Assembly (NCBI GenBank): GCA_943356775.1
Contig: CALRFU010000002.1
Coordinates: 48,524-112,523 of the forward strand
Source: Candidatus Nomurabacteria bacterium
Lineage (GTDB): Bacteria; Patescibacteriota; Minisyncoccia; Phycocordibacterales; UBA2100
Reading direction: 5' to 3'
DNA length: 64,000 nt
Position 1 is the first letter of the stretch; each line of letters opens with the position of its first letter. The position numbers and the translations under genes were made by a program. The notes beneath the pieces are model-generated. The model searched no databases, was not told where the DNA came from, and saw only the letters and a list, made by a program, of their open reading frames with translations. This document shows positions 16,777-25,693 of this stretch, piece after piece.

Positions 16777-18654
16777 TTGAGTCAGACATCTATGAACAAC
16801 GGTTCCGACCTTTTTCCGAATAAAGACAAACGCCCTATTTCTAACGGGGTGGATTTCAATCACGACTCCCCCACCGACACAACTCAGAATTTAAAGAAGA
16901 CGCTCGTCGAGAAGCGTTCTTTGTGGCGTGTGCGGGGTATTGAAGCCTTGCTTCGTGCACTCTCTCCAAGCGAACGACTCCTCCTGTACGGACTCAGCAT
17001 TCTTCTGGGTATTTCGGCCCTGGCTTTGCTCGCAGGTTTGAATTCTTCGGTCTCCGTCACGGTGCCCGCAATAGGCGGAGAGCTCATTGAAGGACAGGTC
17101 GGATCTGCGCGGTTCATTAATCCGATACTGACTATTTCGCAGGCCGACGAAGATCTTTCAAAGTTGGTGTACGCAGGTCTCACGCGCACACTTCCGAGCG
17201 GCATCGTCCCCGATCTCGCGGAAAGTTACTCTATCTCCGAAGACGGTATGACCTACACCTTTACTTTGCGCCCCGACGCCACGTTCCACGACGGAACCCC
17301 TGTCACCGCAGACGACGTACTCTTTACGGTCGCCTCCGCTCAGAATCCTGATATCAAAAGCCCTCAGCGCGCAAACTGGGAAGGCGTCCAGGTATCCTCA
17401 CCGGATTCCCGTACTGTCATCTTCAAGCTCACGCACGCATATGCCCCTTTCATCGAAAACACTTCGCTCGGTATTTTACCGAAACACATCTGGCAAAGTG
17501 TACCGGCTGAAGAATTCCCTTTTAGCCCGGTAAATACGCATCCGGTCGGTAGTGGTCCTTTTCTTGTTAAAAATGTCTCGGTTGATACGACGGGTACCGC
17601 GACGCGATACGAACTCGTCCCGTTTGCAGATTTCACGCTCGGAAAGCCATACCTTAAACGCATCACTTTCATTTTCTACCCTAACCAGGAAGCGATGCTG
17701 AAAGCGTTTGACGCGAAAAAGATAGATGCAATTACCGGAGTGACGCCCGCAAATCTCGCCGCTCTCAAGCGTCCTGGTTTCGATTTCGTCCACGTGCCGC
17801 TGCCCCGGGTATTCGGTGTGTTTTTCAATCAGAGCCGTACGCCGGTACTGGCCGACGCATCGGTACGTGCGGCGCTTGAAGCCGCCGTAGACAAGCAAAA
17901 CATCGTAGACTCGATACTGGGAGGATATGGCGCGGTTCTTGAAGGCCCTATTCCCCCGGGCGTCATCGGCACATCCGTACCCGCCACTCCGACTCCTTAC
18001 AAGGTAACGTCGGAAACACCCGCAGCAACCCTTTCAACCTCCACCGCTAATGCCGCGAACGCAATTCTTACACGTGGAGGATGGACATTCGACGAAGCAA
18101 ACGGCGTATGGATGAAAAAGAAACTGGAACTCTCATTTACCATCTCAACCGCCGATGAACCGGGATTGGTGGCCACGGTAAATGCCCTCGCGGAAGCGTG
18201 GCGGGCCGCCGGCATCAAAGTTACCGTACAGATATATTCTCTTTCGGAGCTGAATACGAACGTCATCCGCCCCCGCTCGTATGACGCGATACTTTTTGGA
18301 GAAGTGGTCGGCCGTACCGCGGATATTTTCGCCTTCTGGCATTCTTCCCAGCGCAACGACCCGGGGCTCAATCTCGCCCTCTATACAAACTCGCGCGTCG
18401 ATTCACTCCTTACCGAGGCACGCGCGACAAGTAACGCGCAAGAACGCGAGAAACTCTACACCCAATTCACCACCGCCATCTCGAAGGATAATCCCGCACT
18501 CTTTCTCTATGCGCCCGAGTTCCTGTATGTTGTCCCGCAGGAGATGCGCGGTATCGCTCTCGGCGCGCTTACGACACCTTCCGAGCGGTTCCTGAACGTA
18601 TACGAATGGTATACAGACACGGAAGAAGTGTGGAGCATCTTTTCACGTAACTAA
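16777..18654 (+). CDS. membrane-anchored ABC-transporter substrate-binding protein, family 5 (peptide/nickel type); orphan, no permease genes nearby
   Basis: 625 aa. N-terminal TM, then an SBP_bac_5-like fold (..LVYAGLTRT.., ..YTFTLRPDATFHDGTPVTADDV..). No adjacent ABC permease or ATPase genes. Confidence 0.75.
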   Translation: MSQTSMNNGSDLFPNKDKRPISNGVDFNHDSPTDTTQNLKKTLVEKRSLWRVRGIEALLRALSPSERLLLYGLSILLGISALALLAGLNSSVSVTVPAIGGELIEGQVGSARFINPILTISQADEDLSKLVYAGLTRTLPSGIVPDLAESYSISEDGMTYTFTLRPDATFHDGTPVTADDVLFTVASAQNPDIKSPQRANWEGVQVSSPDSRTVIFKLTHAYAPFIENTSLGILPKHIWQSVPAEEFPFSPVNTHPVGSGPFLVKNVSVDTTGTATRYELVPFADFTLGKPYLKRITFIFYPNQEAMLKAFDAKKIDAITGVTPANLAALKRPGFDFVHVPLPRVFGVFFNQSRTPVLADASVRAALEAAVDKQNIVDSILGGYGAVLEGPIPPGVIGTSVPATPTPYKVTSETPAATLSTSTANAANAILTRGGWTFDEANGVWMKKKLELSFTISTADEPGLVATVNALAEAWRAAGIKVTVQIYSLSELNTNVIRPRSYDAILFGEVVGRTADIFAFWHSSQRNDPGLNLALYTNSRVDSLLTEARATSNAQEREKLYTQFTTAISKDNPALFLYAPEFLYVVPQEMRGIALGALTTPSERFLNVYEWYTDTEEVWSIFSRN

Positions 18655-18704
18655 TTTATTAGAACATTATTAACAAACGCTTTAACAGACCACTCTTTAT
18701 ATTT

Positions 18705-20645
18705 ATGGAACCACAACCTGCATCAAACGAACCGCGTCCGAACACAGGCGCTTCGGGCGGCGCCCCGCGCCAAACGACACCGGCCACTCGCCCGCATTAC
18801 GTCCGTCCGGGGACGCGCCCAGGCTCCCGACCGGCGGGAAAACCGGGGGCACGCACAGGCAGACCGGCCAGACATTTTGGCCGCCCCAGCCACCCGCCGC
18901 GCCGTGGAAAAGCCCGTGTCGAACATCAGGCGACACCTCAACGCAAACAGGTAAGCACCCCCATTCCTCCACCCGCACCGGATACCGTCCGCATCATTCC
19001 TTTGGGCGGAGTCGAAGAAATCGGCCGCAACATGACCGCCGTGGAAGTCGGTGACGACATTTTCATCCTCGACTGCGGGTTTGCATTCTCCGAAGGAGAA
19101 ACACCGGGCATCGATTACATCCTTCCCAACACGGGCTACCTCGAAGAGCGTCGCGATAAAATCCGCGGACTCCTCATTTCGCACGGACACCTCGACCACA
19201 TCGGCGGCATCCCCTACATCATCGACCGCATCGGGAACCCCACTATCTACACCCGCAAACTGACGGGCATGATGATAAAGAAACGCCAGGAAGAATTTAC
19301 TCAGACGTCACCGGTCAACATCCGCGAAGTGGAAAAGGACGAGGTCATCAAACTCGGCGCCGCGACGATACGTTTCTTCGGCGTCACACATACCGTACCT
19401 GATTCAATGGGTATCATCATCGAGACCCCCTGGGGCGATGTCGTATTCACCGGCGACATTAAGCTCAACCACCTCGACGGCGAACCGTCGGACGAGGAGA
19501 AACGCGAATTTGGAATATTCAAGGACCGCAAAGTTCTTGCTCTCCTCATGGACTCAACCAACGTTTGGCAACCGGGGTTCTCGATTCCTGAATCAATTGT
19601 CTACACTACCCTCGAAAAGATAATCAAAGATTCAAAAGGCCGACTCGTCGTCGCGATGTTTGCTTCGCACCTGGAGAGACTTATCCGCGTCGTACACTTC
19701 GCCGAAGAAAACGGAAAGAAAATAGTCATCGACGGACGCAGTATGCGCACCAATATCGAGATAGCGAGAGAAATCGGCCTCATCAAATACAAAGATGACA
19801 CCGTCGTCGCCGTCGAAAATATGGGACAGTACCCGCCGGAAAGAATAATCATTCTAGCGACAGGCGCACAAGGTGATGAATTCGCCTCACTCGCTCGCAT
19901 CGGCAACAAAACCCACAAATACATCCGCCTCCAACCTTCAGACACCGTAGTGCTCTCGTCTTCGGTCATCCCCGGCAACGAACGCGCAGTACAAAAACTC
20001 AAAGACAACCTCTCACGCCAGGGAGCGCATATCATCACCTATCACGCCTCTGACGTGCACGCCTCGGGCCACGGCAACCGCGAAGAAGCGGCATGGATAC
20101 ACAAACAGATAAAGCCGAAATTCTTTATCCCCGTCCACGGCTACCACTACATGCTCCGTGTGCACGGTGACCTCGCCGTCGAAATGGGAGTGAAGCCGGA
20201 AAATGTCTGCATTCCCGACAACAGCTCACTTGTCGACATAAAGAACGGCGAGAGCATCGCAAAACATTCTCTAAAGGCTCCGGCAGAATTGCGCGTCGTC
20301 GAAGGTCACACCGTTTCGGAACTTTCTGACGTCTTGATGCGCGACCGCAAAGCGCTCGGCCAAGAAGGATTCTGCGTCGTCGTCGCAACCGTAGACCGCC
20401 GTTCAGGCAAGCTCCACAAATCCCCCGACATCATTTCCCGCGGATTCGTCTATCTCCGCGACAACAAAGATCTGATGGACCAGACGCGTCTCATCATCCG
20501 CAAATCAGTCGAGACATCGCTCCGCAATCCACGCGCAACCGACCTCGATGTAGCACGCGAAGATCTTGCCGACGCAGTCTCCCAATTCCTCCTCCAGCGC
20601 ACGATGAAGCGCCCGATAGTGATACCTGTCATAGTTAGCGTATAA
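18705..20645 (+). CDS. rnj: ribonuclease J (metallo-beta-lactamase/beta-CASP) with a roughly 95-aa Arg/Pro-rich N-terminal extension
   Basis: IIPLGGVEEIGRNMTAV...ISHGHLDHIGGIPY (HxHxDH motif), beta-CASP, then the RNase J C-terminal domain. The first ~95 aa are low-complexity P/R/G-rich. An internal start near VRIIPLGG is possible. Confidence 0.9.
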   Translation: MEPQPASNEPRPNTGASGGAPRQTTPATRPHYVRPGTRPGSRPAGKPGARTGRPARHFGRPSHPPRRGKARVEHQATPQRKQVSTPIPPPAPDTVRIIPLGGVEEIGRNMTAVEVGDDIFILDCGFAFSEGETPGIDYILPNTGYLEERRDKIRGLLISHGHLDHIGGIPYIIDRIGNPTIYTRKLTGMMIKKRQEEFTQTSPVNIREVEKDEVIKLGAATIRFFGVTHTVPDSMGIIIETPWGDVVFTGDIKLNHLDGEPSDEEKREFGIFKDRKVLALLMDSTNVWQPGFSIPESIVYTTLEKIIKDSKGRLVVAMFASHLERLIRVVHFAEENGKKIVIDGRSMRTNIEIAREIGLIKYKDDTVVAVENMGQYPPERIIILATGAQGDEFASLARIGNKTHKYIRLQPSDTVVLSSSVIPGNERAVQKLKDNLSRQGAHIITYHASDVHASGHGNREEAAWIHKQIKPKFFIPVHGYHYMLRVHGDLAVEMGVKPENVCIPDNSSLVDIKNGESIAKHSLKAPAELRVVEGHTVSELSDVLMRDRKALGQEGFCVVVATVDRRSGKLHKSPDIISRGFVYLRDNKDLMDQTRLIIRKSVETSLRNPRATDLDVAREDLADAVSQFLLQRTMKRPIVIPVIVSV

Positions 20646-20661
20646 GGGTGATTCCGGCCTG

Positions 20662-20694
20662 CCCCGTTAGGACGGCGAAGCCTGTCTAACGGGG
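20662..20694 (+). terminator. hairpin, putative rnj terminator
   Basis: A 9-bp stem ccccgttag...ctaacgggg lies 17 nt after the rnj stop. The U-tract is weak. Confidence 0.4.
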
Positions 20695-20747
20695 TGATTG
20701 TGAGTGTCTAGCGAGACGGAAAAGGAATATCGTGCAAGAATACTTGC

Positions 20748-20999
20748 ATGTACGTTATTGCCGCCATAGGAGACCTGCTCGGACCGATTCCAATTGTAAA
20801 TTGGATTAGTACCCCGATGGCAATCCTCGCTCTGGGTATTGCAGGCTCTCACACGGGGGTGAGCCTGTATTCAAGCAAGAGGATTGCCGGGACGCTCGCC
20901 ATGATGGTGGTTGAAGTGATTCCTTTTGTGAAAATTGCGCCCACGTTCTTGATACGCGTGTATTTTGCAAAAAAGGACGCACAGGAAGCCGAAAATTAA
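20748..20999 (+). CDS. small hypothetical membrane protein
   Basis: 83 aa with 2-3 hydrophobic helices. No family recognised. Confidence 0.35.
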   Translation: MYVIAAIGDLLGPIPIVNWISTPMAILALGIAGSHTGVSLYSSKRIAGTLAMMVVEVIPFVKIAPTFLIRVYFAKKDAQEAEN

Positions 21000-21066
21000 G
21001 CCGGTTGTAGCCCCTACCGTCTCCTCTTTTTGCCGCGACATGAGGTCGAGCGTATACTGACCCCAC

Positions 21067-22167
21067 ATGTCACCCTTGCGTTGGTCTATCCTCGTCACTG
21101 TTTTACTTTCCTTTTTCGTTCTGTCCGCACTTGTCTCAAACACAGAATCCAACGTTCGAGAGCGCATCGCGCTGTCACCATGCTTACTTGCGACCAGTGA
21201 CAATGCGAAGAGGGAGTGCGCTTTTTCAATCATTCGAAACACGCTTACCCAAGACGGGGCCGCGGAGGCACTTCATACATTTGTGGCGGCAAATAAAATG
21301 TTCCCTGGGCTTGATATCGACTGCCACGCCGGCATTCACCGTGTCGGTGACATGATGTATTACTCGATATATTCCGCCGATCAATTGGATGTTTCTCCTG
21401 ATGATTTTCCTCCTGAAGCTCTTATGTGCAATCTCGGCTTTTATCATGGAGTATTTGAGCACCTGTTCCAAGATTACCTCGATCCGAAATTGATCAGTAA
21501 TGTGTGTCACCGGTTCTCATCGACTAGCGACAGGCAAACTGGAGTCATCAGACATACCTGCTTTCATGCTGCGGGTCACGGACTCCTCAGGGCTCAAAGC
21601 GAGAAAATATCCCGCAAAGATTGGGGTAATCCAACGGCATTCGTGACCGCCCCGATTGCACAATGTAATTCTCTGCCAAATTCAACCGAGAAAGAGCGTT
21701 TCAATTGTGTGACCGGGGTTGAAAGTATATTCATTCAGACGAGCATGCTTAAAGAGTACGGCCTATCAGATCCGGACAACGGAAATGGATTCACTATATG
21801 TAATCAATTAGATTCAACGCTTCACCCTACCTGCTACTTCGTTCGCTCGTTGATGATGTCTCAAATGAGCAACTCCTATCTCCCGGTACTCCGCAACTGT
21901 TCCAGTGCGTCGGAGCCGCTATTTAGAGAGTGCTTGAGAGGCGCTATAGCGGGGCTCACCGTCAACGGCCTCCATGAGGAATCGCTCAATCGTTCTCTTT
22001 CGCTCTGCCGTCGGCCGGAGGTACTCAGGAGAGATGGTACCGATGCATGTTTCCAACAAGTCATCAATCAGATTGAGCTCGAATATCTTGGAGACTATGC
22101 CCCGCAATGCGATTTATTTCCCGACACATTCCGTTCTGCATGTAGGCATGCGAGCCTCCAATCGTAA
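21067..22167 (+). CDS. hypothetical Cys/His-rich secreted or membrane-anchored protein
   Basis: 366 aa with an N-terminal signal/TM. There are about 16 Cys and several His-containing motifs (CHAGIHRVGD, HTCFHAAGHG). No family recognised. Confidence 0.6.
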   Translation: MSPLRWSILVTVLLSFFVLSALVSNTESNVRERIALSPCLLATSDNAKRECAFSIIRNTLTQDGAAEALHTFVAANKMFPGLDIDCHAGIHRVGDMMYYSIYSADQLDVSPDDFPPEALMCNLGFYHGVFEHLFQDYLDPKLISNVCHRFSSTSDRQTGVIRHTCFHAAGHGLLRAQSEKISRKDWGNPTAFVTAPIAQCNSLPNSTEKERFNCVTGVESIFIQTSMLKEYGLSDPDNGNGFTICNQLDSTLHPTCYFVRSLMMSQMSNSYLPVLRNCSSASEPLFRECLRGAIAGLTVNGLHEESLNRSLSLCRRPEVLRRDGTDACFQQVINQIELEYLGDYAPQCDLFPDTFRSACRHASLQS

Positions 22168-22174
22168 GGAGGCC

Positions 22175-22963
22175 TCACGCAATCCGCCACTTCCCTTTCT
22201 CTTTCACGATAAGCTCGTCGCGCGCAAGCCCCTTCAGTGCAAGTCGTGACTTGGAGGCGTCCCCTCTTGGCTGCTTGCCTTCCTGTAGTTGCCGTAAAAT
22301 CGCGCCGCGGACTTGGCGCAGGCTGCCTTCAAATTTTGATTGTTTCGTATAGTGCGCACTGCGACTGTTGTTTCGGATGCCCGACGCCTTCAGATGCGCC
22401 CCGTAGTCAAAGAGCGCAGAGTGCCACCCTCGAGGATCTTGCCCCACCGCCGCTTGAGCAGCAAGTTTCTCTATTTCGAAATCTTCGACGTCTTGTTTTC
22501 CTTGCAAAAAATAGTTGATTACAGCCGTGCGCACATTAGTTTCCATGAGCACCTCCGGTTCGTTGTACGCAAAGACGCGTACGGCATTGGCTGTGTATTG
22601 CCCAATGCCAGGTATAGAACGCAAGCTTGGGTACTCTCTCGGAAAGACACCGTCGTGTTCATTGACTATCATGATCGCCGCATCACGCAAGTACTTCCCC
22701 CGCCTGTTGTACCCAAGGCCGCTCCATACCCCGAGGACATCTCCCAAAGATGCTCGTGCAAGTGCGCGGACAGTTGGAAACTCTTTTAAAAACTCCTTAT
22801 ATTTTTCGAGCACACGCGAGACCTGTGTCTGCTGCAGCATTATTTCAGAAACGAGAATGCGATAGGGGTCTTTCGTCTTTCTCCAAGGCAAACTATGCCG
22901 ACCATGTTTTTTGTAATATCCCCAAACAGTTCGTCGGAATTTCAGAATCTGACTAGAGTTCAT
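22175..22963 (-). CDS. HhH-GPD DNA glycosylase, MutY-like adenine glycosylase lacking the 4Fe-4S Cys cluster
   Basis: LPWRKTKDPYRILVSEIMLQQTQVSRV...GLGYNRRGKYL...LPGIGQYTANAV aligns to the MutY N-terminal domain. There is no C-x6-C-x2-C-x5-C after the HhH motif. Start set to M9 (MNSSQ...) by homology to E. coli MutY and to avoid overlap with the next gene. Confidence 0.7.
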   Translation of the reverse strand: MNSSQILKFRRTVWGYYKKHGRHSLPWRKTKDPYRILVSEIMLQQTQVSRVLEKYKEFLKEFPTVRALARASLGDVLGVWSGLGYNRRGKYLRDAAIMIVNEHDGVFPREYPSLRSIPGIGQYTANAVRVFAYNEPEVLMETNVRTAVINYFLQGKQDVEDFEIEKLAAQAAVGQDPRGWHSALFDYGAHLKASGIRNNSRSAHYTKQSKFEGSLRQVRGAILRQLQEGKQPRGDASKSRLALKGLARDELIVKEKGKWRIA

Positions 22964-23645
22964 AGACCACGTCTTTTCTCTCAACAACCACGTCCCATTT
23001 CATCCTCTTCGCATAACGGTACAACTTTGAATTCGGGTTGAAACATACCGGTTTCGCCACCATTTCGAGAAAAGAAATGTCGGATTCGGTGTCCCCCACT
23101 CCTATTGAATGTGCGAGTGTGAGATTCTCTTTTTCAATAGCACGACGCACAATGCTTGCCTTGTTGAGTATCAAATGTTCTTCGATGATATTTCCCGTGA
23201 AGCATTCTTGCGGCCCTATTTCGTAGAGCATGCCGTACGTCTTATCAAAACCCAACCGCGGGCAGAATTTGTCGAGTACTGTCTTCGGAGAGTGCGACAC
23301 CGCGAGAAGAAAATATCCGCGCTTCTTGAGATCTTTCAAGAGGTCCCGTGTATACCGGTACACGCGCTTTGATTGCTCGTCGACGACCTCTTCTGCCGCG
23401 TCGGCAAGCGCGCTGTAATGCACGCCCTTCAAGTGTTTGACGAACGCTTTCACGACGGCGCTGATGTACTCGTCGTAGTCACCTTCGCGATTGAGCCAAC
23501 GTTCGTATTCACGTTCGTACACGCGTCGCGTCGAGGGCGGGAAAACCTCTTTTTCGATAAGACGATTGACTACTTGGATAAGAAGACTTGAGCGGAATAT
23601 CGTCCCATCCACGTCGAATATCGCCACACGCCGTTTTTCCTTCAT
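22953..23645 (-). CDS. HAD-superfamily hydrolase, subfamily IB (phosphoserine-phosphatase-like)
   Basis: Motif I (VAIFDVDGTIF), motif II (LLAVSHSP) and motif III/IV (GVGDTESDISFLE). Confidence 0.75.
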   Translation of the reverse strand: MKEKRRVAIFDVDGTIFRSSLLIQVVNRLIEKEVFPPSTRRVYEREYERWLNREGDYDEYISAVVKAFVKHLKGVHYSALADAAEEVVDEQSKRVYRYTRDLLKDLKKRGYFLLAVSHSPKTVLDKFCPRLGFDKTYGMLYEIGPQECFTGNIIEEHLILNKASIVRRAIEKENLTLAHSIGVGDTESDISFLEMVAKPVCFNPNSKLYRYAKRMKWDVVVERKDVVYEL

Positions 23646-23736
23646 GTGCCAATACTACCGCCCCCCGCTCTATAGCGCGAGCGGAGAAGAAATCTTTGTA
23701 TCCAAAAACGGTTTAATCTAGTATTCTAGGCCTACA

Positions 23737-24999
23737 ATGATGCAGAATTTGAAGTTGGCCCTCTATTTCACAGTTGCTCGATATTTCAGGTTTTTTGCGC
23801 GTATTCGACTTCATAGCTGGAACCCGCGAGTGGTCTTGATTACGGGCTCAAATGGCAAAACAACGGCGCTGCACCTCACCGCACTACAACTCGGGTCGGC
23901 AGCAAAATGCTCATTCAAGGCGAATAGCGCGTTTGGCATACCCTTCGATATTCTTGGTCTTAAGCGCACAAGCTACTCCGTCTTTGAGTGGCCATGGCTT
24001 TTCCTCATGGCACCGCTCTACGCCCTCAAAGGTGCGCACCCAGAGAAATTATACGTCGTTGAAGTCGATGGCGACCGTCCCGGAGACGGAGATTTTTTCG
24101 GACCGTTTTTGAAGCCTGAAGTGTGCGTTTGGCTCAGTTCTGCCCGCACACACAGCATGCTCTTTGAACATAGCGTAGGAGCGGGTGGATTTGCGAGCGT
24201 AGATGAAGCAATCGCGCACGGATTTGGCCGCTTCCTTGCATACACGTCGAAGCTCGCGATTATCAACGCCGATAATCCACTCATCGTGGAACATGCACGC
24301 CAAACGAACATTCCCCTGTACGAAATTAAGGAACGGGAATTTCTCAATTCGTACACCGTGAACACTTCAGGAAGCGAGTTTACGATTTCCAACATCACCT
24401 ACAGACTCCCCTACGTACTTCCCAAAGAAATATTCTATGCGATTGTTTCCTCTTTGAAAATCGCTGAATATTTTGGCATCCAATCGACTACTGATTTGTC
24501 GGGACTCGTCATACCACCAGGGCGAAGCTCTGTCTTTCGAGGCTTCAAAGGCACGACCCTGCTCGATAGCAGCTACAATGCGGACCTCGAATCGGTCGAG
24601 GTAATCATACGTATGGCAGAAATGTTGCCGGGCGAAAAGTGGATCGTGCTTGGAGACCTCATCGAGCAAGGGAGATTCGAACAAGAAGAACATGAGCGAC
24701 TCGGTCATATCCTTACAAAATGCGATTTCAAACGCACCGTCTTGGTGGGCCCCCGAATGCAAAAGCATGTCAAACCTATCCTGGAAGCGAGCGGTAAGAC
24801 GGTCGAATCATTCATCGGCCCAAAAGAGGCTCTCGACTATCTGCTATCTGCGGTGGGCGGCGGTGAGATTCTAGTTTTCAAAGGTGCCCGATTTTTAGAG
24901 GGTATTATTGAACATCTACTCGAAGACAAAGCCGATATAACAAAACTATGCCGACGCGAAGTGGTGTGGCAACAACGTCGCAAAAAATGGGGGCTATAA
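23737..24999 (+). CDS. Mur ligase family protein, MurF-like but lacking the N-terminal domain
   Basis: P-loop ITGSNGKTT. LLDSSYNADLESV aligns to MurF IDDSYNANPDSM. VLGDLIEQGRFEQEEH aligns to MurF VLGDMAELGE. At 420 aa it is shorter than canonical MurF (about 450 aa). Confidence 0.7.
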   Translation: MMQNLKLALYFTVARYFRFFARIRLHSWNPRVVLITGSNGKTTALHLTALQLGSAAKCSFKANSAFGIPFDILGLKRTSYSVFEWPWLFLMAPLYALKGAHPEKLYVVEVDGDRPGDGDFFGPFLKPEVCVWLSSARTHSMLFEHSVGAGGFASVDEAIAHGFGRFLAYTSKLAIINADNPLIVEHARQTNIPLYEIKEREFLNSYTVNTSGSEFTISNITYRLPYVLPKEIFYAIVSSLKIAEYFGIQSTTDLSGLVIPPGRSSVFRGFKGTTLLDSSYNADLESVEVIIRMAEMLPGEKWIVLGDLIEQGRFEQEEHERLGHILTKCDFKRTVLVGPRMQKHVKPILEASGKTVESFIGPKEALDYLLSAVGGGEILVFKGARFLEGIIEHLLEDKADITKLCRREVVWQQRRKKWGL

Positions 25000-25003
25000 A
25001 ATT

Positions 25004-25693
25004 ATGACAAAACTATTTATTTTGCATGGATGGACGTATCAGACCGAGACATGGAAGCCGCTCCTCGGTATGCTCTCTACGCGCGGCATCGACTACGAAT
25101 TTCTCCTCATTCCTGGCCTCACCGATGGAACTGATCCTGTGTGGACGCTGGACGATTACGTACGATGGCTCGAAGAAAAGACCGCTGAATATGACAAAGT
25201 CATCCTGTATGGACATTCCAACGGCGGACGCATTTCGCTCGCCTACACTGCAAAGCATCCGGAAAAAGTTGAGCGTCTTATCCTCGAAGACAGCGCGGGT
25301 ATTCCCGCGCGGGGATTGCGTCGTTTAAAGAAAGATATTTTTAAGGCAATCTCACGAGTGGGAAAAATATTTATAGGCTCGGAGAGAGTTCGAAACATTT
25401 TATATAAGGTCATAGGAGTAAACGACTATCACGACGCTTCTCCGAACATGAAAAAAACTATGGCAAATCTTATCACCGCTGATCTCTCGCTCGTCCTAAA
25501 CAAGATACATTGTCCCACGCTCATTATCTGGGGTGCGAACGATGCGACAACGTTGCTCGTGGACGGCAAACGGATACACGGGGGCATCCGAGGATCCCGC
25601 ATGATTGTTATCCCCGATGCCCGACACTCGCCGCACATTACGCATCCAGAGAAAATGACTGAGCTCATCAAAAACGAACTCGCAACACCATGA
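25004..25693 (+). CDS. alpha/beta-fold hydrolase
   Basis: Nucleophile elbow GHSNGG (YGHSNGGRISLAY). Downstream Asp/His consistent with a catalytic triad. Confidence 0.75.
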   Translation: MTKLFILHGWTYQTETWKPLLGMLSTRGIDYEFLLIPGLTDGTDPVWTLDDYVRWLEEKTAEYDKVILYGHSNGGRISLAYTAKHPEKVERLILEDSAGIPARGLRRLKKDIFKAISRVGKIFIGSERVRNILYKVIGVNDYHDASPNMKKTMANLITADLSLVLNKIHCPTLIIWGANDATTLLVDGKRIHGGIRGSRMIVIPDARHSPHITHPEKMTELIKNELATP

